This document shows, piece by piece, positions 1 through 12,613 of a DNA stretch of 64,000 bases. The notes beneath the pieces were generated by a model. The model ran no database searches. It had not been told where the DNA came from and was given only the letters and a program-made list of their open reading frames with translations. This stretch comes from Anaeromyxobacter sp. (GTDB lineage Bacteria > Myxococcota > Myxococcia > Myxococcales > Anaeromyxobacteraceae), in assembly GCA_049840735.1 (NCBI GenBank), contig JASGJN010000021.1, positions 128,001 to 192,000 of the forward strand. The letters are read 5' to 3'. Position 1 is the stretch's first letter; each line of letters opens with the position of its first letter. Made by a program: the position numbers and the translations under genes.

Positions 1-1053
1 GAGAGCTGGACAGGCGGGAGCGCGAGAATCCTCCGCGTCCTGGTCCAGGACTACATCCAGACCGGCGAGCCCGTCGCCAGCCAGCCGCTGCTGGCGCGCC
101 ACGACCTCGACTGCTCGCCCGCCACGGTGCGCAGCGTCATGTCCGACCTGGAGGAGCTGGGCTTCCTGGAAAAGCCGCACCACTCCGCCGGGCGCATCCC
201 CACCGCGCGCGGGTACCGGCTCTACGTCGACACCCTGCTGAAGGTCCGCCCGCCCACCCTCGCCGACCGCGACCGGATCGAGCGGCTGGCCCAGGCCGCG
301 CCGGACGTCTCCTCGCTGCTGGAGGGGACCGCCGACCTGCTCCACGACCTCTCGCACCACGCCGGCGTGGTGACCACCCCGCGCCCCAAGGCCGACCCGG
401 TCCGGCAGCTCGAGTTCGTGCGGCTGCGCGAGAACCGCGTGCTGGCGGTCTTCGTCTCGCAGGCCGGGATCGTCACCAACAAGCTGGTCCAGCTCGAGTT
501 CCCCATGGAGCCGGCCGAGCTGGAGCAGGCGGCCAACTACCTGAACGAGAAGCTGCAGGCCGCCGCCGACGCGGAGGCGCTGGGGTCCCTGCGCGACCGC
601 ATCCTGGCCGACATGCGCGCCGACCGGAGCGCGCTGCACGACCTGCTGCACAAGGCGCTGCTGCTGGCCGAGCACAGCTTCGCCTCGCCCCCGGCCGAGA
701 AGCTGCTGCTGGAGGGCGAGGAGAGCTTCCTCGACGCCCCCGAGTTCGCCGACGTGCAGAAGGCCCGGGCGCTGCTCAAGGCCTTCGCCGAGAAGGACCG
801 GATCCTGCGGGTGCTGGACCGCGTGCTCCGCTCGCAGGAGGTGCAGATCTTCATCGGCGCCGAGAGCGAGTTCGCCGCGGTGCCCGACGTGTCGGTGATC
901 GCCGCCCCCTACGGCCGCGGCGACCGCGTGCTGGGCACGCTGGCGGTGGTGGGCCCCACGCGCATGAACTACGCCCGTGTGATCCCCCTGGTGGACCTGA
1001 CGGCGCGCCACATCTCGCGGGCCCTGTCGGCCCTCTCCTCCGACGGCGGCTAG
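1..1053 (+). CDS. hrcA: Heat-inducible transcription repressor HrcA (5' truncated by window; 1-nt indel at ~27)
   Basis: [26 protein letters not shown]...[30 protein letters not shown]...VVGPTRMNY; lies upstream of grpE-dnaK. Confidence 0.95.
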   Translation, partial: ESWTGGSARILRVLVQDYIQTGEPVASQPLLARHDLDCSPATVRSVMSDLEELGFLEKPHHSAGRIPTARGYRLYVDTLLKVRPPTLADRDRIERLAQAAPDVSSLLEGTADLLHDLSHHAGVVTTPRPKADPVRQLEFVRLRENRVLAVFVSQAGIVTNKLVQLEFPMEPAELEQAANYLNEKLQAAADAEALGSLRDRILADMRADRSALHDLLHKALLLAEHSFASPPAEKLLLEGEESFLDAPEFADVQKARALLKAFAEKDRILRVLDRVLRSQEVQIFIGAESEFAAVPDVSVIAAPYGRGDRVLGTLAVVGPTRMNYARVIPLVDLTARHISRALSALSSDGG

Positions 1054-1184
1054 GGGCCGCGCCGAGCCTTCGGTCCGGAAGCGGCGCCTTGTTCCAGCCG
1101 CACGGCGTGTGCCATGATGTGGGCTCCCGGCGATCGGCTGCATCCGCCCGTCTTTCCCGCCCGATTCGCCCGTCAGGCTCGCCC

Positions 1185-1873
1185 ATGTCCGATACCCACG
1201 AGAGAGGGGCCTTCCAGGCCGACATCCCTGCCGACGCCGTGGAGGAAGCCCTCCGCTCGGTGGAGAAGTCCAAGGAGGCCGCCGCCGAGCCGGAGGTGGT
1301 GGTGGACGCCGGCGCGCCCGAGGCAGCCGAGGGGCTGGCCGAGCTGGTCCAGCGGCTGAGGAGCCTGGAGGCGCAGCTGGAGTTCTCGCAGACCAAGTCG
1401 CGCGAGACGCTCGACAAGCTGCGCGAGGAGCACGAGCGGCACCTGCGCGCCGTGGCCGACCTCGAGAACTTCAAGAAGCGGGCGCAGCGCGAGCGCGAGG
1501 AGACCCTCAAGTTCGGGAACGAGAAGCTGCTCAAGGATCTCTTCCCGGTCATGGACGGGCTCGATCGCGCGCTGGCCGCGGCGGCGGCGGACGATCCGCT
1601 CCGCCAGGGCGTGCAGCTGGTCCGCACCAGCTTCGAGCAGGCGCTGGGGCGCCACGGCGTGAAGGCCTTCAGCGCCATGGGCCAGCCCTTCGACCCGGCG
1701 CTGCACGAGGCGCTGATGCAGGTGCCCACGGCGGAGCAGCCGCCGGGGACGGTGGTCATGGAGCACGCGCGCGGCTTCCTGCTCAACGAGCGGCTGGCGC
1801 GGCCGGCCATGGTCGGCGTCTCGGTGGCGCCGCCCCCGGGCGACGCCGGGGACGCGGGTTCCGGGGGGAACGG

Positions 1874-1877
<4 letters not shown>
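1185..1877 (+). CDS. grpE: Nucleotide exchange factor GrpE
   Basis: [28 protein letters not shown] motifs; stop overlaps dnaK ATG. Confidence 0.95.
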
Positions 1878-3697
<1,820 letters not shown>

Positions 3698-3702
3698 TCC
3701 CT

Positions 3703-3900
3703 GGGCTTCGACTCCGCTCGCCCTGCGGGCTCGCTACGCTCAGCCCGAACGGTTCATGGGGCCCGTTCGCCCTGAGCGTAGCCGCGGCGAAGCCGCGGCG
3801 GCGTCGACCCGAACGGTTCATGGTGCCCGTTCGCCCTGAGCCCTTCGACTCCGCGCCCGCTGCGCGGGCGCTCCGCTCAGGGCAGGCGGAGTCGAAGGGC
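3703..3900. repeat. Cluster of REP-like hairpin elements (includes a nested pair at 3827-3900)
   Basis: TTCGACTCCG...CTACGCTCAG and CCTGAGCGTAG...GTCGA arms in alternating orientation. Confidence 0.85.
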
Positions 3901-3942
3901 AGGTCCCTCCACCGCCGGGCCCCTGTCCCCCGGCCCCTCGAA

Positions 3943-3970
3943 TTGTCAGCGCCCGATCGTGCGTTATATT
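3943..3970 (+). promoter_or_regulatory. Putative sigma70-type promoter for dnaJ
   Basis: TTGTCA-N16-TATATT 30 nt upstream of the dnaJ ORF. Confidence 0.5.
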
Positions 3971-4000
3971 GCCCGGGACCAGCCAGCCGTGGATCCGTAA

Positions 4001-5137
4001 ATGCCCGGGAGCACAGTGGAAAAGCGCGACTATTACGAGATCCTGGGCGTCGGCCGGGACGCCGACGACGCGACCATCAAGAGCGCGTACCGCAAGCTCG
4101 CGCACCAGTACCACCCGGACAAGAACCAGGGCTCCAAGGAGGCGGAGGAGAAGTTCAAGGAGGCCTCCGAGGCCTACCAGGTCCTCTCCGACCCGGACAA
4201 GCGGGCCCGCTACGACCGGTTCGGCCACGCCACCGGCCCGGGCGGCTTCGACGCCGGCTTCCCCTTCGGCGGCGCCGCCAACATCAACGACATCTTCGGC
4301 GACATCTTCGGCGAGATGTTCGGCGGCGGCGGCGGCCGCCAGCGCTCCCGCGGCCGGGCCCGCGGCAGCGACCTGCGCTACCACCTCGAGGTCTCGTTCG
4401 AGGAGGCCGCCTTCGGCACCACCGCGCGCATAAACATCCCGCGCGCCAGGCCGTGCGAGGTGTGCAAGGGCAGCGGCGCCAAGCCCGGCACCGGCCCGCG
4501 CCAGTGCCCCACCTGCGCCGGCGCCGGCGAGGTCCGGACCACGCAGGGCTTCTTCACCATCGCCCGCACCTGCCCCCACTGCGGCGGCTCCGGGCGCGTG
4601 ATCGTCGATCGCTGCACCAGCTGCGGCGGCTCCGGCGCCACCCGCGAGCAGGCCACCGTCGAGGTGAAGGTCCCGGCCGGCGTGGACACCGGCACCCGGC
4701 TGAAGCTCACCGGCGAGGGCGAGCCGCCGCCCAACCCGGCCGGCCTCCCCGGCGACCTCTACGTCGTGATCCAGGTGCGCGAGCACCCCATCTTCAAGCG
4801 CGAGGAGACCGAGGTCCTGTGCGAGGTGCCGCTCTCCTTCGCGCAGGCCGCGCTGGGCGCGTCCATCGACGTGCCCACGCTGGACGGTCCCACCAAGCTC
4901 AAGATCCCCGCCGGCACCCAGAGCGGCCGCGTCTTCCGCATCAAGGGCAAGGGCATCCCCTCGCTGCAGGGGAGCGGGCGCGGCGACCAGCACATCCGCG
5001 TGGTGCTGGAGACGCCCACCCACCTCACCCGCGAGCAGCGCGAGCTGCTGGAGCGGTTCGCCGAGATCTCCGGGGACGAGACCCACCCGCACGCCAAGAG
5101 CTTCTGGCAGAAGGTGAAGGAGCTGGTGCGGGAATAG
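4001..5137 (+). CDS. dnaJ: Chaperone DnaJ (start may be GTG 4016)
   Basis: J domain HPD, G/F region, four CxxCxGxG repeats. Confidence 0.98.
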   Translation: MPGSTVEKRDYYEILGVGRDADDATIKSAYRKLAHQYHPDKNQGSKEAEEKFKEASEAYQVLSDPDKRARYDRFGHATGPGGFDAGFPFGGAANINDIFGDIFGEMFGGGGGRQRSRGRARGSDLRYHLEVSFEEAAFGTTARINIPRARPCEVCKGSGAKPGTGPRQCPTCAGAGEVRTTQGFFTIARTCPHCGGSGRVIVDRCTSCGGSGATREQATVEVKVPAGVDTGTRLKLTGEGEPPPNPAGLPGDLYVVIQVREHPIFKREETEVLCEVPLSFAQAALGASIDVPTLDGPTKLKIPAGTQSGRVFRIKGKGIPSLQGSGRGDQHIRVVLETPTHLTREQRELLERFAEISGDETHPHAKSFWQKVKELVRE

Positions 5138-5145
5138 GACCCCGG

Positions 5146-5218
5146 CCTTCGACTCCGCCTGCCCTGAGCGGAGCGCCCGCGAGGCGGGCGCGGAGTCGAA
5201 GGGCTCAGGCCGAACGGG
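5146..5218. repeat. Nested REP-like hairpin after dnaJ
   Basis: CCTTCGACTCCG[CCTGCCCTGAGCGGAG...CGGAGTCGAAGG]GCTCAGGCCGAACGGG. Confidence 0.85.
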
Positions 5219-5432
5219 CGAGGGTCGCCCGCAGGGACCACATCCCACCCGCGTCTCGCCTGACACGATCGGGCCCTGGCCCGGAAGAATCCCCGTGAAG
5301 TCGGGCGCCAACGCCGCGCTGGCAGAAGGTACAGAATCTGCTAGGGCTCCTGCCTGGCGGCCCTGCTGCCCCGCCACCCCGCCCGGGAAGCAACCGGTCG
5401 CGGCGACGGTTTCCAAGGAGATCCGGAGCTCC

Positions 5433-7520
5433 ATGCGCACCGTCGCCCCCCGCGTCATCGCCTTCCTCCTGCTGTGCCTGGCCGGCTGCCCCAAGCGCGT
5501 GGTCGTGAACGGCCAGGAGCTCTCCGTCCAGGAGGCGGACGAGCTGGCCCGCCGCGAGCTGGACCGGATCCGCGCCGAGACGCAGGGGCAGCCGCCGGCC
5601 GTCCGCGCCGACCGCCTGGCCGAGTTCGGCGCCCGCTACCCGGGCGTGCCCAGCGCCGCCGCCGCGCTCTTCGAGGCCGGCCAGGCCTACCGCGCCGCGC
5701 GCCAGCCGGACCGCGCCGCGCAGGTGCTGGGGACGCTCCTCACCGAGCACCCGCTCTTCGAGCGCTCCAACGACGCCAAGTACGAGCTGGCCCTGGCCGA
5801 CATCGAGCGCGGCCGCGCCCGCGACGGCCTGGCCACGCTGGAGTCGCTCTATCCCTACATCCCGCCGGAGCGGAGGCCGGAGGCGGCCGCCCGCGCCGCC
5901 GCGGCCGCCGAGGCGGCGGGCGCCAACGTGGAGGCCATCCGCTGGCTGGGCGAGGTGGCCGCGCTCGCGCAGGGCGACTCCCGCGCCGCCGCCAACCAGC
6001 GCATGGTCGAGGTGGTGGACCGGCTCTCGCTGGCCGAGGTGACCAGGCTGCGCCAGTCGCTGCCCAGGGAGGCGGCGGTGCAGGAGCCGCTCACCATGAA
6101 GCTGGCGCGCATCCAGCTCCACCTGCGCGACTACCCGGCCGCCGAGGCCGCCGCGCGAGAGGTCTTCCTGCGCTGGCCCACCGGCGCCTACGCCGCCGAC
6201 GCCAAGCAGCTGGTGGACCGGCTGGGCAAGCTGGCGCTGGTCCGGCCGGGCGTGATCGGCGTGGCGGTGCCGCTCTCCGGCCCCTACCAGCGCTGGGGCG
6301 AGGCCATCCTGCAGGGCGTGGGGCTGGCGCTGGGCGAGAACAGCGGCCTCAAGCTGGTGGTGCGCGACACGCGCGGCGAGCCGGACGGCGAGGCGCAGGC
6401 CATCGAGCAGCTGGCGCTGGACGAGGGGGCCATCGGCATCATCGGCGGCGTGACCAACGCCGGCGCCGAGCGGGCCGCCGCCACCGCCGAGGACCTGATG
6501 GTCCCGTTCATCTCGCTCTCCAAGCAGGACGGCATCACCGCCGCGGGCCCGTTCGTCTTCCAGAACATGCTGACCGCCAGCGCGCAGGCGCGGGCGCTGG
6601 TGGACTACGCCATGGGCAAGCGCGGGCTGCGGCGCTTCGCCGTCATGTACCCGCAGAACGCCTACGGCACCGAGCTGGCCAACGCGTTCTGGGACGAGGT
6701 GGAGGCGCGCGGCGGCGAGATCCGCGGCGCCGAGAGCTACACCGCCGACCGCACCACCTTCACGCCGCTGGTGAAGAGCATGGTGGGCAAGGCCGACCTG
6801 GATCAGCGCCCGGACTACCTGGCCCAGGTGAAGGAGATCGTCGAGAAGGAGAAGGACCCCTTCCGCCGCCGCAAGGCGCTGGAGAAGGCGCGCGAGCGGC
6901 TGGCGCCGGTCACCGACTTCGAGGCCATCTTCATCCCCGACTTCGCCCAGACCGTGAAGCTCATCGCCCCGGCGCTGGCGGTCGAGGACGTGATCACCCA
7001 GACCTGCCTGCCGGACGAGGTGAAGCGCATCGCCAGGTCCACCGGCCGGCCGGACCTGGCGCCGGTGCAGCTGCTGGGCGGCAACGGCTGGGGCGCGCGC
7101 CCCACCTCGCCCACCGAGGCGGCCCTGACCGACACCAGCCCCGGCGCGCCCGGCCGCTACGTCCGCTGCGCCGTCTACGTGGACGGCTTCTTCGCCGGCT
7201 CCGCCCGCCCGGCCACCAAGGGCTTCGTGGACGCCTTCACCACCAAGTACGCCGGCAAGGCGCCGTCCATCCTCGAGGCCAGCGCCTTCGACGCGGCGCG
7301 CATGCTCAAGGACAACCTGGGCGCGCAGAAGGCCCAGACCCGCGACGCGCTCCGCGACCGGCTGGCCGGCCTCAAGGCCTTCGCCGGCGCCACCGGCGAC
7401 ATCACCATGGGGCCGGACCGGACCCCGCAGAAGCAGCTCTTCTACCTGACCATCGACCCTGCCGGCCTGCGCGAGCTGACGCCGGAGGAGCTGGCCGTCA
7501 CCGCGGCCGCCGGACCCTGA
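5433..7520 (+). CDS. LppC/LpoA-like penicillin-binding-protein activator lipoprotein (TPR + periplasmic-binding fold)
   Basis: Lipobox LAGC; TPR-like helices; IGVAVPLSG, YGTELANAF, FEAIFIPD, FAGATGDIT motifs. Confidence 0.75.
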   Translation: MRTVAPRVIAFLLLCLAGCPKRVVVNGQELSVQEADELARRELDRIRAETQGQPPAVRADRLAEFGARYPGVPSAAAALFEAGQAYRAARQPDRAAQVLGTLLTEHPLFERSNDAKYELALADIERGRARDGLATLESLYPYIPPERRPEAAARAAAAAEAAGANVEAIRWLGEVAALAQGDSRAAANQRMVEVVDRLSLAEVTRLRQSLPREAAVQEPLTMKLARIQLHLRDYPAAEAAAREVFLRWPTGAYAADAKQLVDRLGKLALVRPGVIGVAVPLSGPYQRWGEAILQGVGLALGENSGLKLVVRDTRGEPDGEAQAIEQLALDEGAIGIIGGVTNAGAERAAATAEDLMVPFISLSKQDGITAAGPFVFQNMLTASAQARALVDYAMGKRGLRRFAVMYPQNAYGTELANAFWDEVEARGGEIRGAESYTADRTTFTPLVKSMVGKADLDQRPDYLAQVKEIVEKEKDPFRRRKALEKARERLAPVTDFEAIFIPDFAQTVKLIAPALAVEDVITQTCLPDEVKRIARSTGRPDLAPVQLLGGNGWGARPTSPTEAALTDTSPGAPGRYVRCAVYVDGFFAGSARPATKGFVDAFTTKYAGKAPSILEASAFDAARMLKDNLGAQKAQTRDALRDRLAGLKAFAGATGDITMGPDRTPQKQLFYLTIDPAGLRELTPEELAVTAAAGP

Positions 7521-7662
7521 CCTGACCGCACGCACGCCCCAGCCGCGCCGGCCCGGACCGGCCATCGAAGCCGCCGCGGTCGCGCTGGACGTGCCGGAGC
7601 GCAGCGGTCACGTGGGCCCCGCCATCAGCGCGGCCCGGCCGGACCCATTACCTTGTCCGGGC

Positions 7663-8640
<978 letters not shown>

Positions 8641-8714
8641 GGCTCAGCGGGGGCGCGCACGGACGCCGCCTCCCGTGGGCGCCGGGCCGCGCTTGGGCTA
8701 GACTCCCTCCTCCG

Positions 8715-9119
8715 ATGTCCGACCCGCTCACCACCCCGGCCCCCGCGGTCCATGCGCCCGCGCCGTCGCCCGAGGACGACGCCGCCTGGGCCGAGGTGCT
8801 CGCCCGCTGGGACGACCCGGCCGCGCACGCCGGCTACCTGGCCCGCTGCACCTCGCTGGAGTCGCTGGCCCGCGCCGGCGGCCACTACCGCGAGGTGCTG
8901 AAGACGCGCCCGGACGACGCGGTGGCGAGGAAGCAGCGGGAAGACATCGTGAAGCGGGCCACCATCGTCGGGCTGGCCGCGCTGCCCCGCACCGTGCCGC
9001 AGGAGAAGCCGGCCTGGTTCCGCCACCTGATCCGCGCGGCGGCCGTCGGGTTCGGCAGCATGGCGGCCTGGGCCGTCTACAAGCTGGCCGTCGCGCTGCT
9101 CGGGGGGCCGCAGCCCTGA
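8715..9119 (+). CDS. Hypothetical protein with C-terminal TM helix
   Basis: MSDPLTTP...WAEVLARWDDPAAHAGYL; good codon bias; abuts dinG. Confidence 0.7.
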   Translation: MSDPLTTPAPAVHAPAPSPEDDAAWAEVLARWDDPAAHAGYLARCTSLESLARAGGHYREVLKTRPDDAVARKQREDIVKRATIVGLAALPRTVPQEKPAWFRHLIRAAAVGFGSMAAWAVYKLAVALLGGPQP

Positions 9120-9151
9120 TCCCCGCCGAGGAGCGCACCAGCGTCGAGGAC

Positions 9152-11149
9152 GTGCTCGGCCCCGGCGGCCGCCTGGCCCAGGCGCTGCCGGGCTACGAGC
9201 ACCGCGAGGACCAGCTGGCCATGGCCCGCGCCGTGGCCGAGGCCATCGCCAACCGCGGCTACCTGGTGGCCGAGGCCGGCACCGGCACCGGCAAGACGCT
9301 GGCCTACCTGGTGCCGGCCATCCTCTCCGGCCGGCGCGTCATCGTCTCCACCGCCACCAAGACGCTGCAGGAGCAGATCTGGGAGAAGGACATCCCGCTC
9401 CTGCGCGAGCGCTGCGGGCTGGAGTTCCACGCCGCCTACCTCAAGGGCCGCTCCAACTACTACTGCCTGGCCCGCGGCGACGAGTTCGCCCGCGCGCCCA
9501 CCTTCGCCGCCCGCGACGAGGCGGCGCTCTGGCCGCGCATCGAGGCCTGGGCGCGCGAGACGCAGACCGGCGACCGGAGCGAGATCGACCTCCCCGACCA
9601 GTTCCACACCTGGCGCGACCTCTCCGCCACCAGCGACAACTGCCTGGGGCGGGAGTGCCAGCGCTACGAGGAGTGCTTCGTCACCCGCGCCCGCGCGCAG
9701 GCCGCCCAGGCCGACGTGCTGCTGGTGAACCACCACCTCTTCTTCGCCGACCTGGCCATGCGCACCTCGCGCGCCGGCGTGGAGATCCTGCCCGAGCACG
9801 ACGTCGTCGTCTTCGACGAGGCCCACGCGCTCGAGGACGTGGCCACCGAGTACTTCGGCCTGCAGGTCTCCAGCTACCGGGTGGAGGAGCTGTCGCGCGA
9901 CGCGCTCCGCGCCGTGGCCGACCGGCCCGACCTGGCCTCCATGATGAAGGAGGCCACCGGCGAGCTGCGCCGCACCGGCGAGCGCTTCTTCCAGGCGGTG
10001 GCCGAGGGGCTGCGTCCGGGCGGGCGCGGCGGGGCCCTGGCCCACGGCGCGCGCCACGGCCGCCACGCGCCGCGCGGCGGCTACGGCCGGCCGGCGCGGC
10101 CGGAGTCGGAGGAGGGCGTGCGCGCCCCGCTCAGCGCGGAGGTGCTGGAGGGCGCGGGGGCCGAGCTGGAGAAGCTGGACGGCTCGCTGGCCTCGCTGCG
10201 CGACCTGCTGGCCGACGCCGAGGCCGGCCCGCTCGCCAACGTGGCGCGCCGCGCGGGCGAGCTGCGGGTGGAGCTGGCGGCGGTGACCGCCATGAAGGAG
10301 CCCTCGCGCGTCTACTTCGGCGAGGTGCGCGGCCGCGGCGTGTTCCTGCGCGCGGCGCCCATCGACGTGGCGGAGGAGCTGCAGGCGCGCCTCTACCGCC
10401 GCACCGACACCGTGATCTTCACCAGCGCCACGCTGGCGGCGCAGGGGCGCTTCGACTACTTCCGCCGCCAGGTGGGGCTGGCGCCGGAGTTCGACGTGGG
10501 CGAGGCCCGCTTCCCGGGGCCGTTCGACTACACCAGGCAGGCCGCCATCGTCTCGCCGCACGGGCTGCCCGAGCCCAACGACCCGGCCTTCGTGGAGGAG
10601 GCGGCGGAGACCATCCGCCAGCTCACCGAGGTCACCGGCGGCCGGGCCTTCGTGCTCTGCACCTCCAACCGCAACATGCAGGCCTTCCACCGCGCCTGCC
10701 GCGAGCTGCCCTACCGGATCCTGCTCCAGGGCGAGCGGCCCAAGTCGCGGCTGCTGGAGGAGTTCCGGGCCGAGCCCTCGGTGCTCTTCGCCACCGCCAG
10801 CTTCTGGGAGGGCGTGGACGTCCCCGGCGACGCGCTCTCGCTGGTGATCATCGACCGGCTCCCCTTCGCGCCCCCCGGCGACCCGGTGGTCTCGGCCCGG
10901 CTGCGCGCGCTGGAGGAGGACGGCCGGGACGGCTTCTCCGAGCTGTCGGTGCCGGCCGCGGCGCTGGCGCTGCGCCAGGGGTTCGGCCGCCTGGTGCGGA
11001 CGAGGGACGATCGCGGGCTGGTGGCCATCCTCGACCGGCGCCTGGTCTCGAAGGGTTACGGCCGGGCCTTCCTGGCCACCCTGCCCCGCTCGCCGGTCCT
11101 GCGTTCGGTGGAGGAGGCCCGCCGCTGGTGGGAGGGGCGCGCGGGGTGA
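9152..11149 (+). CDS. dinG: ATP-dependent DNA helicase, DinG/YoaA family
   Basis: EAGTGTGKT, KGRSNYYC, Fe-S cysteines, DEAH, SATL, FWEGVD, QGFGRLVR. Confidence 0.93.
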   Translation: MLGPGGRLAQALPGYEHREDQLAMARAVAEAIANRGYLVAEAGTGTGKTLAYLVPAILSGRRVIVSTATKTLQEQIWEKDIPLLRERCGLEFHAAYLKGRSNYYCLARGDEFARAPTFAARDEAALWPRIEAWARETQTGDRSEIDLPDQFHTWRDLSATSDNCLGRECQRYEECFVTRARAQAAQADVLLVNHHLFFADLAMRTSRAGVEILPEHDVVVFDEAHALEDVATEYFGLQVSSYRVEELSRDALRAVADRPDLASMMKEATGELRRTGERFFQAVAEGLRPGGRGGALAHGARHGRHAPRGGYGRPARPESEEGVRAPLSAEVLEGAGAELEKLDGSLASLRDLLADAEAGPLANVARRAGELRVELAAVTAMKEPSRVYFGEVRGRGVFLRAAPIDVAEELQARLYRRTDTVIFTSATLAAQGRFDYFRRQVGLAPEFDVGEARFPGPFDYTRQAAIVSPHGLPEPNDPAFVEEAAETIRQLTEVTGGRAFVLCTSNRNMQAFHRACRELPYRILLQGERPKSRLLEEFRAEPSVLFATASFWEGVDVPGDALSLVIIDRLPFAPPGDPVVSARLRALEEDGRDGFSELSVPAAALALRQGFGRLVRTRDDRGLVAILDRRLVSKGYGRAFLATLPRSPVLRSVEEARRWWEGRAG

Positions 11150-11243
11150 TCGCCTGAAGAGGGGCCTCAGGCTTCAGGCCTCGGGCCTCAGGAAAGACGC
11201 GAGGCCGGCTGTGTCCCCTTGCGAATCCCGGCCCGGCGGTTAG

Positions 11244-11822
11244 ATGCTCCGCCGCATGGACGCCCGCGACGAGGAGGGCGCCGTCCGCGAGCGGCACGCC
11301 GCGGGGCGCGACGAGGTCGGGCTGGGGCAGGTGAGCGACGTGCTGGCCGCGCTGGCCGCCGTCGACCTGCGCCAGCTCCCGAAGGCGCTGCGCGGCTCGG
11401 AGGTGGCGCGCCGCCTCTCGCACGCGCTCGACGAGGAGTTCGGCAGCGCGGTGCGCGAGCCGGCGCCGGGCGTGGACGGCGCGGTCCGCACCCCCGACCA
11501 CGTGGTGGAGCTGCGCGAGGCCGAGGGCGGGCCGGTGCAGGCCGTGGCCGTCGCCTACCGCATCCTCGATTTCCGCCAGCTCGAGCCCGGGCAGCTGGAC
11601 CGCACGCTGGGCGAGTGCCTGGCCTACGCCGAGCGCTACCAGGCGGTGGTGCTGGCGGTGGTCTACCTCGAGCGCCCGCCGCACCCGGTCCCGCCGGAGT
11701 GGCGCGACCCCGGCCAGCCGCTGCACCTGGAGCGCGGCGGAAGGCGCGTCCCGCTCCACGTCCTGGCCCGCCCCGCAGACTGGGACGTGCTCTGGGCGGA
11801 GCAGTTCGAGCGGAAGAAGTAG
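11244..11822 (+). CDS. Hypothetical protein, possibly degenerate PD-(D/E)XK nuclease fold (start may be 11256)
   Basis: Good codon bias; TPDHVVE...LDRTLGECLAY resembles PD..ExK..GQxxxY. Confidence 0.6.
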   Translation: MLRRMDARDEEGAVRERHAAGRDEVGLGQVSDVLAALAAVDLRQLPKALRGSEVARRLSHALDEEFGSAVREPAPGVDGAVRTPDHVVELREAEGGPVQAVAVAYRILDFRQLEPGQLDRTLGECLAYAERYQAVVLAVVYLERPPHPVPPEWRDPGQPLHLERGGRRVPLHVLARPADWDVLWAEQFERKK

Positions 11823-11827
11823 CCGGG

Positions 11828-11905
11828 CCCCGGTCGCCCTTCGACTCCGGCCCGCAGCTCAGCGCGACTGAGCCCACCACGGGCCTACGCTCAGGGTGAC
11901 CGGGG
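11828..11905. repeat. REP-like hairpin
   Basis: CCCCGGTCGCCCTTCGACTCCG...CCTACGCTCAGGGTGACCGGGG. Confidence 0.85.
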
Positions 11906-11933
11906 TGCTCCCGTGCGCCGGCCGCGGACCCTT

Positions 11934-12471
11934 CCGTGCGTCCTGAGCGTAGGGCCCGGGGCCGCATGCCCCCGGCGGACCCACCGGGCCCGGAGTCGAA
12001 GGATGAACGGGACCGATCCGGGGTCCGCTCCGCCGCCCGGGTCCCTCTCCGTGCGTCCTGAGCGTAGGGCCCGGGGCCGCATGCCCCTGGCGGACCCACC
12101 GGGCCCGGAGTCGAAGGATGAACGGGACCGGGGTCCGCTCCGCCGCCCGGGTCCCTCTCCGTTCGTCCTGAGCGTAGGGCCCGGGGCCGCATGCCCCCGG
12201 CGGACCCACCGGGCCCGGAGTCGAAGGATGAACGGGACCGATTCCGGGGTCCGCTCCGCCGCCTGGGTCCCTCTCCGTTCGTCCTGAGCGTAGGGCCCGG
12301 CGCAGCCTGCCCCCGGCGGACCCACCGGGCCCGGAGTCGAAGGATGAACGGGACCGATCCGGGGTCCGCTCCGCCGCCCGGGTCCCTCTCCGTTCGTCCT
12401 GAGCGTAGGGCCCGGGGCCGCATGCCCCTGGCGGACCCACCGGGCCCGGAGTCGAAGGATGAACGGGACCG
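11934..12471 (+). repeat. Tandem array of five ~110-116 bp REP-containing units
   Basis: Units start at 11934, 12049, 12159, 12275, 12390; each CCGT(T/G)CGTCCTGAGCGTAGGGCCCGG...CCGGGCCCGGAGTCGAAGGATGAACGGG plus linker. Confidence 0.95.
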
Positions 12472-12507
12472 TCTGGAGCCCCGCGGACCGCCCGCCCGGG
12501 GCGCGCC

Positions 12508-12544
12508 TGCAAACGTTTGCACTAGCCCATGTGACCGCTCACAT
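12508..12544. promoter_or_regulatory. Two LacI/GalR-type operator palindromes upstream of the sugar ABC operon
   Basis: TGCAAACGTTTGCA (12508-12521, perfect) and ATGTGACCGCTCACAT (12529-12544). Confidence 0.65.
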
Positions 12545-12613
12545 CCCCGTTGACCCGGGTGTGGCAAACTGTCATCGTCCCGCTCCGCAGGTGGGCCCGG
12601 AGGCACCGGTCGC

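Noticed and set aside
1054..1184. CIRCE operator for HrcA
   Set aside because: No TTAGCACTC-N9-GAGTGCTAA seen here or before dnaJ; the hrcA upstream region is outside the window
3703..3900. Hammerhead ribozyme or tRNA (CTGA..GAA and TTCGA motifs) in the repeats
   Set aside because: No CUGAnGA/GAAA three-way junction and no cloverleaf
11934..12471. CRISPR array next to a DinG helicase (type IV-like)
   Set aside because: Units are ~115 bp with near-identical 'spacers', belong to the dispersed hairpin family, and no cas genes are present; DinG is the ordinary Fe-S YoaA type
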